Part shown: positions 1 to 9,093 of the stretch, in pieces
How the letters are laid out: the number at the start of each line of letters is the position of its first letter
How positions within the stretch are numbered: position 1 is the first letter of the stretch
Origin: Bacteroidales bacterium
GTDB taxonomy: Bacteria > Bacteroidota > Bacteroidia > Bacteroidales > UBA10428
Direction: 5' to 3'
Assembly (NCBI GenBank): GCA_041737295.1
Contig: JBGSSA010000220.1
Span: 32,170-96,169, forward strand
Length of the DNA: 64,000 bases
Notes under the pieces: model-generated
Database searches by the model: none
What the model saw: the letters and a program-made list of their open reading frames with translations, nothing else
Told to the model about the DNA's origin: nothing
Made by a program: the position numbers and the translations under genes

Positions 1-1791
1 GTAGATGGACGCTTGGTTGCCGCTGCCCAGGAGGAAAGGTTTTCGCGATTGAAGCATGACGCATCCTTTCCCCGGCATGCAGTGGAATACGTGCTGAGTG
101 AGGCAGGTATAGGGTTGCATCAGGTTATCTGCATTGTGTTTTATGAAAAGCCGCTTCTTAAGTTCGAGCGATTGCTTGAAACTTACCACGCTTTTGCACC
201 CCGGGGGCTAACGAGTTTTTTAACCGCAATACCGGTTTGGCTAAAGGATAAGCTCTTTTTGAAAAAGGCACTGAAAAATGAATTGGAAGGGTTGGGCCGG
301 CTGAATTGCCCCATCCTGTTCACAGAACATCATCTCTCTCATGCAGCCAGTGCTTTTTATCCCTCACCTTTTAAAGAAGCTGCCATTCTAACAGTTGATG
401 GAGTCGGAGAATGGGCTGCTACTACAATCGGAAAAGGAACAGGTAACAGGATCGAGCTGCTGAAAGAAATTCATTTCCCGCATTCGGCTGGTCTGTTATA
501 CTCAGCATTCACATATTATTTAGGATTCAGGGTAAACAGCGGTGAATATAAGCTGATGGGGCTTGCGCCTTATGGGATTGAAGATGCAAGGCAAACACTT
601 GAGTTCAAATCAAAAATTCTGGACAGGTTGGTCCACATTCACGAGGATGGTTCCATTTGCCTGAATATGGAATATTTTGAATTTGCCACTGGATTGACAA
701 TGACCCGCAATAAAAAATGGAAGGCCCTTTTTGGGTTAGATCCGAGGCAGCCTGAGGACGAAATCACCCAGGATCATATGAATCTTGCCCTGGCCATTCA
801 GCAGGTTTTGGAAATTATTATGATCCGGCTGGCCCGGCATGCCAGGGAAATAACAGGATGCTGCAATCTTGTTCTTTCCGGCGGAGTGGCCCTGAATTGT
901 GTCGGGAACGGAAAAATATTAAGATCGGGGATATTTACTAACATCTGGATCCAACCGGCGTCAGGGGATGCGGGAGGTGCAGCAGGAGCAGCCTTTGCGG
1001 CATGGCATATCGGTATGGACCGGGAAAGAGATATCTTGGAACCGGATGCAATGAACGGGTCTTTTTTGGGGCCAGAATATCATAAAAAGGATATTGAAAA
1101 GATCATCCTTCAATATGATGCAAAATGTGAATTCTACACATCGGATGAACAGCTTTATTGTGAAACAGCCAGGTTACTTGCAGACGGCAATGTAATTGGA
1201 TGGTTCCAGGGACGAATGGAATATGGCCCCAGGGCTCTGGGAAACAGGAGCATACTGGGTGATGCCCGTAATCCTGAAATGCAAAAGAAACTCAATTTGA
1301 AAATAAAATACAGGGAAGGATTTCGACCATTTGCACCTGCTGTCCTTGCTGAAAAGGTAACGGAATATTTCGACATTGATTGTGAATCGCCCTATATGCT
1401 GCTTATCGCCCCCGTTAATCATTCAAGACGATTTCCGGTTTATGAAAATAACAAGGAATCGACCATGCTGCAGAAACTATACAGATTGAGATCTGACATT
1501 CCTGCCATTACGCACATTGACTATTCAGCGCGAGTTCAAACAGTTCATTCCGAAACAAATCCCCGTTTTTATGCCCTTCTGAAGGAATTCTCGGAACAAA
1601 CCGGATACCATGTACTAGTGAATACGAGCTTTAATGTGCGCGGGGAACCCATAGTTTGTAATCCGGGTGATGCCTATCGATGCTTCATGTCTACCGAAAT
1701 GGATTACCTGGTGATGGGTAACTTTCTTTTTTCAAAAAAGGAACAGCCTGAACAATCAACATTTATTAAGGGGGCTAAAGGAAATGATTAG
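1..1791 (+). CDS. Carbamoyltransferase, NodU/CmcH family; 5' end truncated by the window edge
   Basis: Frame 1 is open from base 1 (VDGRLVAAAQEERFSRLKHD...). The ORF track only starts at an internal TTG at 13. Conserved family blocks are visible: HHLSHAASAF, GLLYSAFTYYLGF, YKLMGLAPYG, GGVALNCV, QPASGDAGGAAGAA, NTSFNVRGEPIV. Confidence 0.85.
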   Translation, partial: VDGRLVAAAQEERFSRLKHDASFPRHAVEYVLSEAGIGLHQVICIVFYEKPLLKFERLLETYHAFAPRGLTSFLTAIPVWLKDKLFLKKALKNELEGLGRLNCPILFTEHHLSHAASAFYPSPFKEAAILTVDGVGEWAATTIGKGTGNRIELLKEIHFPHSAGLLYSAFTYYLGFRVNSGEYKLMGLAPYGIEDARQTLEFKSKILDRLVHIHEDGSICLNMEYFEFATGLTMTRNKKWKALFGLDPRQPEDEITQDHMNLALAIQQVLEIIMIRLARHAREITGCCNLVLSGGVALNCVGNGKILRSGIFTNIWIQPASGDAGGAAGAAFAAWHIGMDRERDILEPDAMNGSFLGPEYHKKDIEKIILQYDAKCEFYTSDEQLYCETARLLADGNVIGWFQGRMEYGPRALGNRSILGDARNPEMQKKLNLKIKYREGFRPFAPAVLAEKVTEYFDIDCESPYMLLIAPVNHSRRFPVYENNKESTMLQKLYRLRSDIPAITHIDYSARVQTVHSETNPRFYALLKEFSEQTGYHVLVNTSFNVRGEPIVCNPGDAYRCFMSTEMDYLVMGNFLFSKKEQPEQSTFIKGAKGND

Positions 1792-1846
1792 AAATTAACA
1801 CATCTGCTTACAATGAATAATGAGTAAATAATAAATGTAATAAAAT

Positions 1847-3004
1847 ATGAGAAAACCAATGTTAATGGCCATTCTATTTGCAGGCCTCTCGGTAAGTGCG
1901 CAGAAAACACCAAATTTAGTCAGCACTCCTCCAATGGGATGGAACAGTTGGAATAAATTCGGTTGTGATGTAAGCGAAAAATTAATAAAAGAAATAGCCG
2001 ATGCATTTGTTGTAAATGGATTTAGGGAAGCTGGTTATGAATACATTGTGATTGATGACTGCTGGCAGATTGACCGTGATTCGAATGGAAAGATTGTAGT
2101 TGATAAAAAGCGTTTCCCTTCAGGTATAAAAGCATTGGCCGATTATGTGCATTCCAAAGGGTTGAAATTTGGAATATATTCCTGTGCCGGAATAAAAACC
2201 TGTCAGGAACGGCCAGGAAGCAATGGTTACGAGGTAATCGATGCTAACACCTATGCTGAGTGGGGCGTCGATTATCTGAAATACGACTGGTGTTTTTCTG
2301 AGGGAATTGACCCGGTAAAAGCATATACCGATATGAGTAATGCGCTTACAAAAAGTAGCAGGCCAATCGTTTTCAGTATGTGCGAATGGGGAAACAGCCG
2401 TCCGTTCTCATGGGCACAAAATGTTGGTCACCTATGGAGGACAACTGGCGACATTCAGGATTGTTGGGATTGCAAACGTGACTGGGGTGGTATGGGATGG
2501 ACTACCATTCTCGATATGCAGGTTGGTCTTGAAAAATATGCCGGTCCGGGGCATTGGAACGATCCCGACATGCTTGAAGTTGGTAATGGCCACATGAAAT
2601 ATCATGAATACATCGCACATTTCAGTTTTTGGAGTCTTTTGGCAGCACCTCTAATGGCAGGGAATGACATACGAAACATGAATGATTCAATCAAAAATAT
2701 TCTGCTCAATCAGGACGCAATAGCTGTCAATCAGGATAAGGATGGTATTCAGGGCAAGTTAGTATATGATGACGGAGATTTCGAAATCTGGAGCAAACCG
2801 CTGCAAAATGGCGATGTTGCAGTCATTTTCTTTAACAGGAATGAAAAGAAATATGAGTTTCCGGCACTTTGGGAAACCGCAGGAATCAGGGAAGACAGAA
2901 TAATTTTTGACATTTGGAAACACCAGGATGCCGGAACCACAAAAAAAATGCAAACGGTATCTATAGAAGGACATTCAGTACTTTTCTTTCGCTTACGAAA
3001 ATAG
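1847..3004 (+). CDS. GH27 alpha-galactosidase / alpha-N-acetylgalactosaminidase-like, secreted
   Basis: ATG start and signal peptide MRKPMLMAILFAGLSVSAQ. GH27 hallmark blocks PPMGWNSWN, IVIDDCW, VDYLKYDWC and CEWG are present, and the size (385 aa) is typical. Confidence 0.85.
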   Translation: MRKPMLMAILFAGLSVSAQKTPNLVSTPPMGWNSWNKFGCDVSEKLIKEIADAFVVNGFREAGYEYIVIDDCWQIDRDSNGKIVVDKKRFPSGIKALADYVHSKGLKFGIYSCAGIKTCQERPGSNGYEVIDANTYAEWGVDYLKYDWCFSEGIDPVKAYTDMSNALTKSSRPIVFSMCEWGNSRPFSWAQNVGHLWRTTGDIQDCWDCKRDWGGMGWTTILDMQVGLEKYAGPGHWNDPDMLEVGNGHMKYHEYIAHFSFWSLLAAPLMAGNDIRNMNDSIKNILLNQDAIAVNQDKDGIQGKLVYDDGDFEIWSKPLQNGDVAVIFFNRNEKKYEFPALWETAGIREDRIIFDIWKHQDAGTTKKMQTVSIEGHSVLFFRLRK

Positions 3005-3060
3005 GAGAGGACCGCCAATCAAGAGTATTCAAATACAGATAAATATTGAAAAGGAAAAAG

Positions 3061-5304
3061 ATGGATACGAACACAAATGAGCGCAGAAATTTTTTGAAGA
3101 ATTTCGGACTTGGAGTCGCAACATTATCGATTCCGATTAGTACCAATGCTGCATGGTCCGCCATGGATGATCAGCCCGGTAAATCGGAAACAGTGCATTT
3201 CCGGAATGGTTTTGATTTTGAATTCAAATTTGCGGGAGAATATTTTTCGGGACTTGGCGAGATTAAAGCCAATGGAATATCCCTTCGGAACAGTCATCTT
3301 CCAATGTTCGTTCAGGTTTCAACACCTGATGCCATCGAACTGGTGAAATATAAACTGATTGATAAATTAATTACAAGCGAAGAAATAACACTAAGTTTTT
3401 CAGTTCGGAAACAATTGGGTGACACGATGGAGTGGATGCTTCACACCGTGCGTAACCGGAGAAACATATCGGATTGGATAAAAGAACCTGAAGATGCACC
3501 TGGTACGAAAATAATGATGAAAATAAAACCAGTTGAAAGGAAAATTGGTTCAGCCCTGGTTAAGGGCTTTAGTTATCAGTATTTTTTTTCGAGCGAAAAT
3601 CTTGAAATCTATAAAATTACCGATCGTTCATCATGGGAAATCGGAGGTTCTGCCATAGGCAATGAGTTCTGGATGCGGAACGGTGTTGTTGAATCTATTA
3701 AAAAATTTGCAGACTCGAATGATTTTTATTCAACAGAATGGTATTTGCCAGGAATAGCCAATCCAAATGTATTCCAATTTCATCCCTTACAAACCCATCT
3801 TCAGGGTTTCACGTTCACTTCTTCCGAATTGGGAACCTTGATAACCTTTCCCAACCAGGTTTCGCACATTCGTTCACTTTTTGAGAAATGGAGAGACGCT
3901 GATCTGATTGTACATTTTCATGAACATTGTAACGACCTGGCAAAGATTCTTAAAACCTCTCCGGTTGAAATCTTTTTTATTCCCGGAAAGCTCGACAAGA
4001 TAGGATCTGCTAATCTTTACCACCATATCAGGGAAATGGTTCATGAAGAACTGCACAGCCAAATTGGTATGAAAAGGGAGCGTATTTCGACCTATGGGGT
4101 AATTGAAGAATGGACTGAACCTGATTTTGATTATTATACCCAAAAAGGACTTCCCAAACTGCTTGAGGCTGGTGTAAAGACCATATTTATCCCGAATCAG
4201 TGTCAGAATGATATGAATGTTTGGGGACTTTCAAACATGTGTTGCAATGTCGATTTCAAAATTGCCGGTTCGGTTAGTGAGGATAAATTGAAAAAGTTTT
4301 GCCAAACAGCAAAAGTTGGAGGTGCGAAAGTCGAAATGTGGGGAAATACAGCTATTTCAAGTACGACTGAGCGGTTTATGCACCTAGATGGAAAACCAAA
4401 GGGAATACAATTTCTTCCATTCAAAGGATCGATCAGGGAAGTCATCCTAAAAGCAAAATCACCTTTTGTCCGGAATGCTTCCAATGCCATTGAAGCCGAC
4501 CATTATACCCCGCGTTTCTGTGCGCTGAACCTTCGGGACCAGGAAATTCGCAGCTATTGGATGAAACAGTGGAAACATTTTTACGATGACATTGGAATAG
4601 AAGGCATTTTTTTGGACAGTTCATTTAACATGTCGAGCGATAAATTTCACCATGCACAGTTCGACCACAGCAAAGACTGGCATGGTGCTACACTAGACCA
4701 AAAGGAACTGCTTGGCAAATTCAGGCCCGTCAACGAACCTCCCAAACTTATACAAACTCAATATCATGCTCATCTGAGCTGGGTCGTTGAAATGCAAAAG
4801 ATGGGTTATCAGTATTGCGCCGAAGATATGGGTGTGTTTGGAATTAACCGTACCGGACCAGATGTGTTGAACCGGATCAATAGTCTGCCTCTTTGGGCCG
4901 ATTCATATTGCGATTTCAACGAAAAAGCAGTTAAAAAAGCAGGTTACGAACCACTGGAAATTTTCTTTAAAGGTTTAGCGTATCGCTTGATGTGGAAACT
5001 TTACTGGGATATAAAAGCCGATAAATTAGATTTAGGAATTGAAGATTCAACCGCGTTTGTTTTAATTCAGGTTTTCAACCGGGTTGCTGATTATATGTAT
5101 GACAGAGAGATTTTGCCCGGCGAAACAGGAGTTGTTTATACCAAAGGAAACACTTCTGTTTTGTGGGCCTTTGAAAATTTTGAGTATTCGAAACAAGGAA
5201 TAAAATCTGTAACCAATGTGTTAAATAAAACCTCGCTATTTTTAAATGAAAAGGGGAGTTTTAATGTTTCCAAATTAACGATTTACCTGATTAGCTATAC
5301 CTAA
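3061..5304 (+). CDS. Tat-exported hypothetical protein, possibly a TIM-barrel glycosidase-like enzyme
   Basis: I chose the ATG at 3061; the ORF track uses a TTG at 3046. The twin-arginine motif ERRNFLKNFGLGVATLS is textbook. An internal stretch, ALNLRDQEIRSYWMKQWKHFYDDIGIEGIFLDSSFN, resembles GH13 region II (..DGFRLD..). That functional hint is weak. Confidence 0.55.
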   Translation: MDTNTNERRNFLKNFGLGVATLSIPISTNAAWSAMDDQPGKSETVHFRNGFDFEFKFAGEYFSGLGEIKANGISLRNSHLPMFVQVSTPDAIELVKYKLIDKLITSEEITLSFSVRKQLGDTMEWMLHTVRNRRNISDWIKEPEDAPGTKIMMKIKPVERKIGSALVKGFSYQYFFSSENLEIYKITDRSSWEIGGSAIGNEFWMRNGVVESIKKFADSNDFYSTEWYLPGIANPNVFQFHPLQTHLQGFTFTSSELGTLITFPNQVSHIRSLFEKWRDADLIVHFHEHCNDLAKILKTSPVEIFFIPGKLDKIGSANLYHHIREMVHEELHSQIGMKRERISTYGVIEEWTEPDFDYYTQKGLPKLLEAGVKTIFIPNQCQNDMNVWGLSNMCCNVDFKIAGSVSEDKLKKFCQTAKVGGAKVEMWGNTAISSTTERFMHLDGKPKGIQFLPFKGSIREVILKAKSPFVRNASNAIEADHYTPRFCALNLRDQEIRSYWMKQWKHFYDDIGIEGIFLDSSFNMSSDKFHHAQFDHSKDWHGATLDQKELLGKFRPVNEPPKLIQTQYHAHLSWVVEMQKMGYQYCAEDMGVFGINRTGPDVLNRINSLPLWADSYCDFNEKAVKKAGYEPLEIFFKGLAYRLMWKLYWDIKADKLDLGIEDSTAFVLIQVFNRVADYMYDREILPGETGVVYTKGNTSVLWAFENFEYSKQGIKSVTNVLNKTSLFLNEKGSFNVSKLTIYLISYT

Positions 5305-5314
5305 AACAACGCTG

Positions 5315-6577
5315 ATGTTTATTGTTCTCCTTCTGTTATCGGTAACAGAGCTCTCTGTAAGTAAAAATGAAATCACACTTTTTCCTGAAAGTGGTTTAAT
5401 GACAGAGGCAATCAGTGCTGCAATAGATCAATGCTCTGCCAGAGGGAGAGGAACCGTAAGGTTTACCCGGGGAATCTATCACTCAGGCACACTGGAATTA
5501 AAGAACAATGTGACGCTTCTTTTCGATAAAGGGGCTGTTTTACAAGGCAGTGACAAATACTCCGATTACCGGAACGATGCTTTCATCTATGGAAAAGACC
5601 TCTCAAATATTTCTATTCGGGGTGAAGGAATCATCGATGGTGTGGATTGCTTCAATCCTAATGGGGAGGAAGGCTTTCGTGGGCCGCACTGTATTCGGCT
5701 GATTAATTGCACGAACATTTCGCTGTATGGCTTTACCATCAAAAACTCAGCAAACTGGGCCATTAATTGCCGATACTGCTCGTATGGCAAGGTTGAAAAG
5801 GTTTCAATCAGTGGTGGCCATGATGGATTGCATACCCGGTTTTGTAGCGACTTCACCGTTACCAGCTGCGACTTCAGAACTGGAGATGATGCATTTGCCG
5901 GTAACGATAACCGTAACTTTGTAGTAACCGATTGCCTGATAAATACCTCCTGTAACGGGTTCCGGGTGGGCTGTCATAACTTTACAGTCAAACGCTGTCG
6001 GATATGGGGTCCCGGAGAGTCGGTTCACAAAAGACAGAAACGAAATAACATGCTTGCTGCTTTCGTGCACTTCTCACCAAAAGATGAAAATCCGAAATTG
6101 CAAAGCGGGAACTGGCTCATTGAGGATGTAACAGTGGTAAATGTCGACCATTTTTATGTGTATAATTTCAAAGACGGACTATGGCAAACAGGACAACCGG
6201 TTACCAGCATTCTATTAAAAAATGTTGAAGCTAGTGGGATTCTTGGAGCTTTTAATATCATTGGTGACACAGATCGGAAATTTAATCTGAAAGTAGAAAA
6301 ATCTTCGTTTAGTTTCCGCGAGGGTGCCGACTACAAAGGCGAAACCTTCGAAGGCGCCAGACTAATGTCACCTGCACTTTTTAATGCGACAAGTTTTGGT
6401 CAGATCGAACTCCGAAAGGTGACCCTTTCGAAGCAGGAAGCCGAATTGGTGATGAATTGCACTTCAGGAAATTCAATAATTTTTAACCTCGTAAATTTTA
6501 TTTCAGATAATTCTTCAGAACCCTGTTTGCTCGACAAAATCAGAAATATACGTCTCATAAAACCGGAAACAAAATAA
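5315..6577 (+). CDS. Right-handed beta-helix protein, GH28-like (non-canonical); paralog of 53268-54554
   Basis: Blocks NPNGEEGFRGPHCIRL, NSANWAINCRYC, GGHDGLHTRFC, RTGDDAFAG and SCNGFRVG follow the order of GH28 motifs (NTD / GDD / GHG). The GHG position reads CNG and no RIK block is seen. Confidence 0.6.
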   Translation: MFIVLLLLSVTELSVSKNEITLFPESGLMTEAISAAIDQCSARGRGTVRFTRGIYHSGTLELKNNVTLLFDKGAVLQGSDKYSDYRNDAFIYGKDLSNISIRGEGIIDGVDCFNPNGEEGFRGPHCIRLINCTNISLYGFTIKNSANWAINCRYCSYGKVEKVSISGGHDGLHTRFCSDFTVTSCDFRTGDDAFAGNDNRNFVVTDCLINTSCNGFRVGCHNFTVKRCRIWGPGESVHKRQKRNNMLAAFVHFSPKDENPKLQSGNWLIEDVTVVNVDHFYVYNFKDGLWQTGQPVTSILLKNVEASGILGAFNIIGDTDRKFNLKVEKSSFSFREGADYKGETFEGARLMSPALFNATSFGQIELRKVTLSKQEAELVMNCTSGNSIIFNLVNFISDNSSEPCLLDKIRNIRLIKPETK

Positions 6578-6669
6578 CTTCAGCGATGAATCGTTACCAA
6601 AAATACAATCTGCAAAATTGTGCCCACCATAGCTGCAACATCAATATAAAACGAGGTAAAAAATGCATT

Positions 6670-9066
6670 ATGAAGAAATGTACTTTGTTTGCCCTGGTTG
6701 TTCTTTTGGTTTTCAATCCGGAACTGAAATCGCAGGAGTCTGTTCCTGTAATCAATGAGGATACTCCTTCAAAGGCCATCTATTTTTCATGGATCAACCA
6801 TGCATGGGAAGGCACGGATGCCATACAGACTATGGCAAATCTCGATTTCTTCAAGTGGATGTATGATGAATATGGCATGAAACTTGACCTTTATCTGATC
6901 GATGCCGGCACGCTGGATGAAGGCCCTGAATGCATCGGAAAACTCTTTGGAGATAACCGTTACGGCTCGCTGGATTCGAAACCGTTCCTGCAAAAATTTC
7001 CTGAAGGATTAGGCCCGGTTTCTTTCAAAGCAGGAACTTTTGGCTGCCGCCTGGGAATGTGGCTGGGACCGGATGGGTATGGTACATCGCCTGCTGAAGC
7101 CAGTAAACGTTCAGAAATTCTTGTTTCACTCTGCAGGGATTATGGCATTGAATTATTCAAATTTGATGCCTGCTGTTCCGATCTGGCAAAAGACAATCAG
7201 CAGAATTTTATTCATACCATGAAGGAATGCCGCAAATACAGCCCTGATCTGATTGTTTTGAACCACCGCATCTCTTTCAATGACGAGGCAAAGCAACAAA
7301 CAACCACCTGGTTGTGGGAAGGAAGGGAAACCTATATTGATGTTCATTTCCCCGGAAACATGACGGGAACGCATCATCGCACCGGTACCCTCTCAAGGGG
7401 CACCGTACCACAACTTCAACGACTGACCGAGGACCATGGTGTTTGCATTTCATCATGTCTCGATTTCTGGGAAGATGACCTGATTTTACAGGCATTCAAC
7501 CGGAGCCTGATCCTTGCACCTGAAATATATGGAAATCCATGGCTGCTGAAGGATGACGAATTTGCCAAACTGGCAAGGATATATAATCTGCATAAACTGT
7601 ACAATCAGATCCTGGTTAACGGAATAAACCTACCTCCGGAAAATTACGGAGAAAATGCCGTCTCACGCGGCGATAGCCTGACCCGGATAATCACTTTGCG
7701 CAATCTAACCTGGCTGCCCAAAACGGTTCGGGTAAAACTTGATTCCTCGATAGGTCTTTCTGGTCATCGCACAGTTGAAGTAAGACAAATCCATCCTATT
7801 GAAACCATATTGGGAAACTATATTGCAGGCAGTGAAGTAGCAGTGAACATCCAGCCTTTCAGGGCTTGTTTACTTGTCGTCTCGGGCAACCAATTTGCCG
7901 AACCCGGAATACGCGGGGCTGACTATGAAATAGTCAAAAATAGGCCCGGGGAACCGGTTGAAATCAACCTGTGCGGCTTACCAGGAAACCATCATCGCAT
8001 TAGCCTCATCGATGGCTCACGAAATTTTACCAGGGCAACTCTCGACGGCAAATCTGTGATTGGTTTGGTATCCGGGAAACCGATGAGTATCCGGTTTGAA
8101 GGCAAGGAATTTAAACTTGATTATCACCGTAAACTGGCCGATGCTGAAAAGGTTGAAATACCCGCCGATGCCGAGGCTTTGTATGAAGCTACCTGCTTTG
8201 CTGCCGATAACAATGCCCTGGAAGTAAGATCCCTCATGCGCTCTGGCCCAACAGCAATTCCCGCGGTGCAACATGCCCGTGATTGCTTTTTCAACAGGGA
8301 AGCATTCATTAATAAGGGAATATGGGATCAATATCTTTTTGATAATGATACTGCTACCTGTTTTCGGATATCTCCTTCCATTAATGAAAAAAACAGGGTA
8401 TTCCGTATTGATTTAGGCAGCGGTACCCCGATTGATTCGCTGGTAATTACCAATTCAAAAACCACTTCGTGCATATCAGCAGAGTGCTCAGCCGATCTTA
8501 TGAACTGGAAACCTGTCGAGGTTATTCACCAAGGAGATCAGATCAAACTCATCTTTTCGACTGATCAGATGCCTCTGCAATATATTCGAATTAAATATTC
8601 ACCTGCATCAGTTGCTGAAATCACGGGTTTTTTTAAGGGTATTGCCCTAAGCCGGTCAGGGTGGAAGGCATCGAATTTATTTTCATCTTTTGAGAAAAAA
8701 GATTTCACCAGTGCCCTGCAAGCCACCTTTAGCCTTATGGAGATCCCCGAACAGAGCTATCTTGCTATTGCCATACCGGGACATTATGCACCGGAAAGCG
8801 TGTTTGCAGCATTACGCATTGATGGCAAACCCGCCGGCACGCCAGACAGGGCGATTTCATTTCCGTCCAATACCTGGGAAGCCCCTGTATCCTCAGACAT
8901 TAAGGGAAACTATACATATTATTTTCCGCTCGAACCGGCTATGACTGATAAGTCAATTGAAGTTGTAATATTGGGTAATAACGGAAACCCTGATACATTT
9001 CAGGCTGAAATCTGGATCACCGCATACCCGTTACCCTATAGTAAAAAGAAACTGGTTCTTGAATAA
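6670..9066 (+). CDS. Secreted hypothetical protein, possible clan GH-D-like (melibiase-type) barrel with a C-terminal discoidin-like region
   Basis: The internal ATG at 6670 gives the signal peptide MKKCTLFALVVLLVFNPELKSQ; the ORF-track start at 6586 adds a non-signal extension. YGIELFKFDACCSDL resembles the GH27/36 K-x-D nucleophile block. The function is uncertain. Confidence 0.5.
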   Translation: MKKCTLFALVVLLVFNPELKSQESVPVINEDTPSKAIYFSWINHAWEGTDAIQTMANLDFFKWMYDEYGMKLDLYLIDAGTLDEGPECIGKLFGDNRYGSLDSKPFLQKFPEGLGPVSFKAGTFGCRLGMWLGPDGYGTSPAEASKRSEILVSLCRDYGIELFKFDACCSDLAKDNQQNFIHTMKECRKYSPDLIVLNHRISFNDEAKQQTTTWLWEGRETYIDVHFPGNMTGTHHRTGTLSRGTVPQLQRLTEDHGVCISSCLDFWEDDLILQAFNRSLILAPEIYGNPWLLKDDEFAKLARIYNLHKLYNQILVNGINLPPENYGENAVSRGDSLTRIITLRNLTWLPKTVRVKLDSSIGLSGHRTVEVRQIHPIETILGNYIAGSEVAVNIQPFRACLLVVSGNQFAEPGIRGADYEIVKNRPGEPVEINLCGLPGNHHRISLIDGSRNFTRATLDGKSVIGLVSGKPMSIRFEGKEFKLDYHRKLADAEKVEIPADAEALYEATCFAADNNALEVRSLMRSGPTAIPAVQHARDCFFNREAFINKGIWDQYLFDNDTATCFRISPSINEKNRVFRIDLGSGTPIDSLVITNSKTTSCISAECSADLMNWKPVEVIHQGDQIKLIFSTDQMPLQYIRIKYSPASVAEITGFFKGIALSRSGWKASNLFSSFEKKDFTSALQATFSLMEIPEQSYLAIAIPGHYAPESVFAALRIDGKPAGTPDRAISFPSNTWEAPVSSDIKGNYTYYFPLEPAMTDKSIEVVILGNNGNPDTFQAEIWITAYPLPYSKKKLVLE

Positions 9067-9082
9067 GACAGAACCAGTTTCT
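9047..9082. terminator. Hairpin between convergent genes; likely intrinsic terminator for the minus-strand gene
   Basis: A perfect 13-bp inverted repeat: agaaactggttct (9047-9059) / agaaccagtttct (9070-9082), with a 10-nt loop containing the TAA stop of the plus-strand gene. Read on the minus strand, the stem is followed by TTTTAC. There is no U-tract on the plus side. Confidence 0.5.
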
Positions 9083-9093
9083 GCCAGCCTTGA

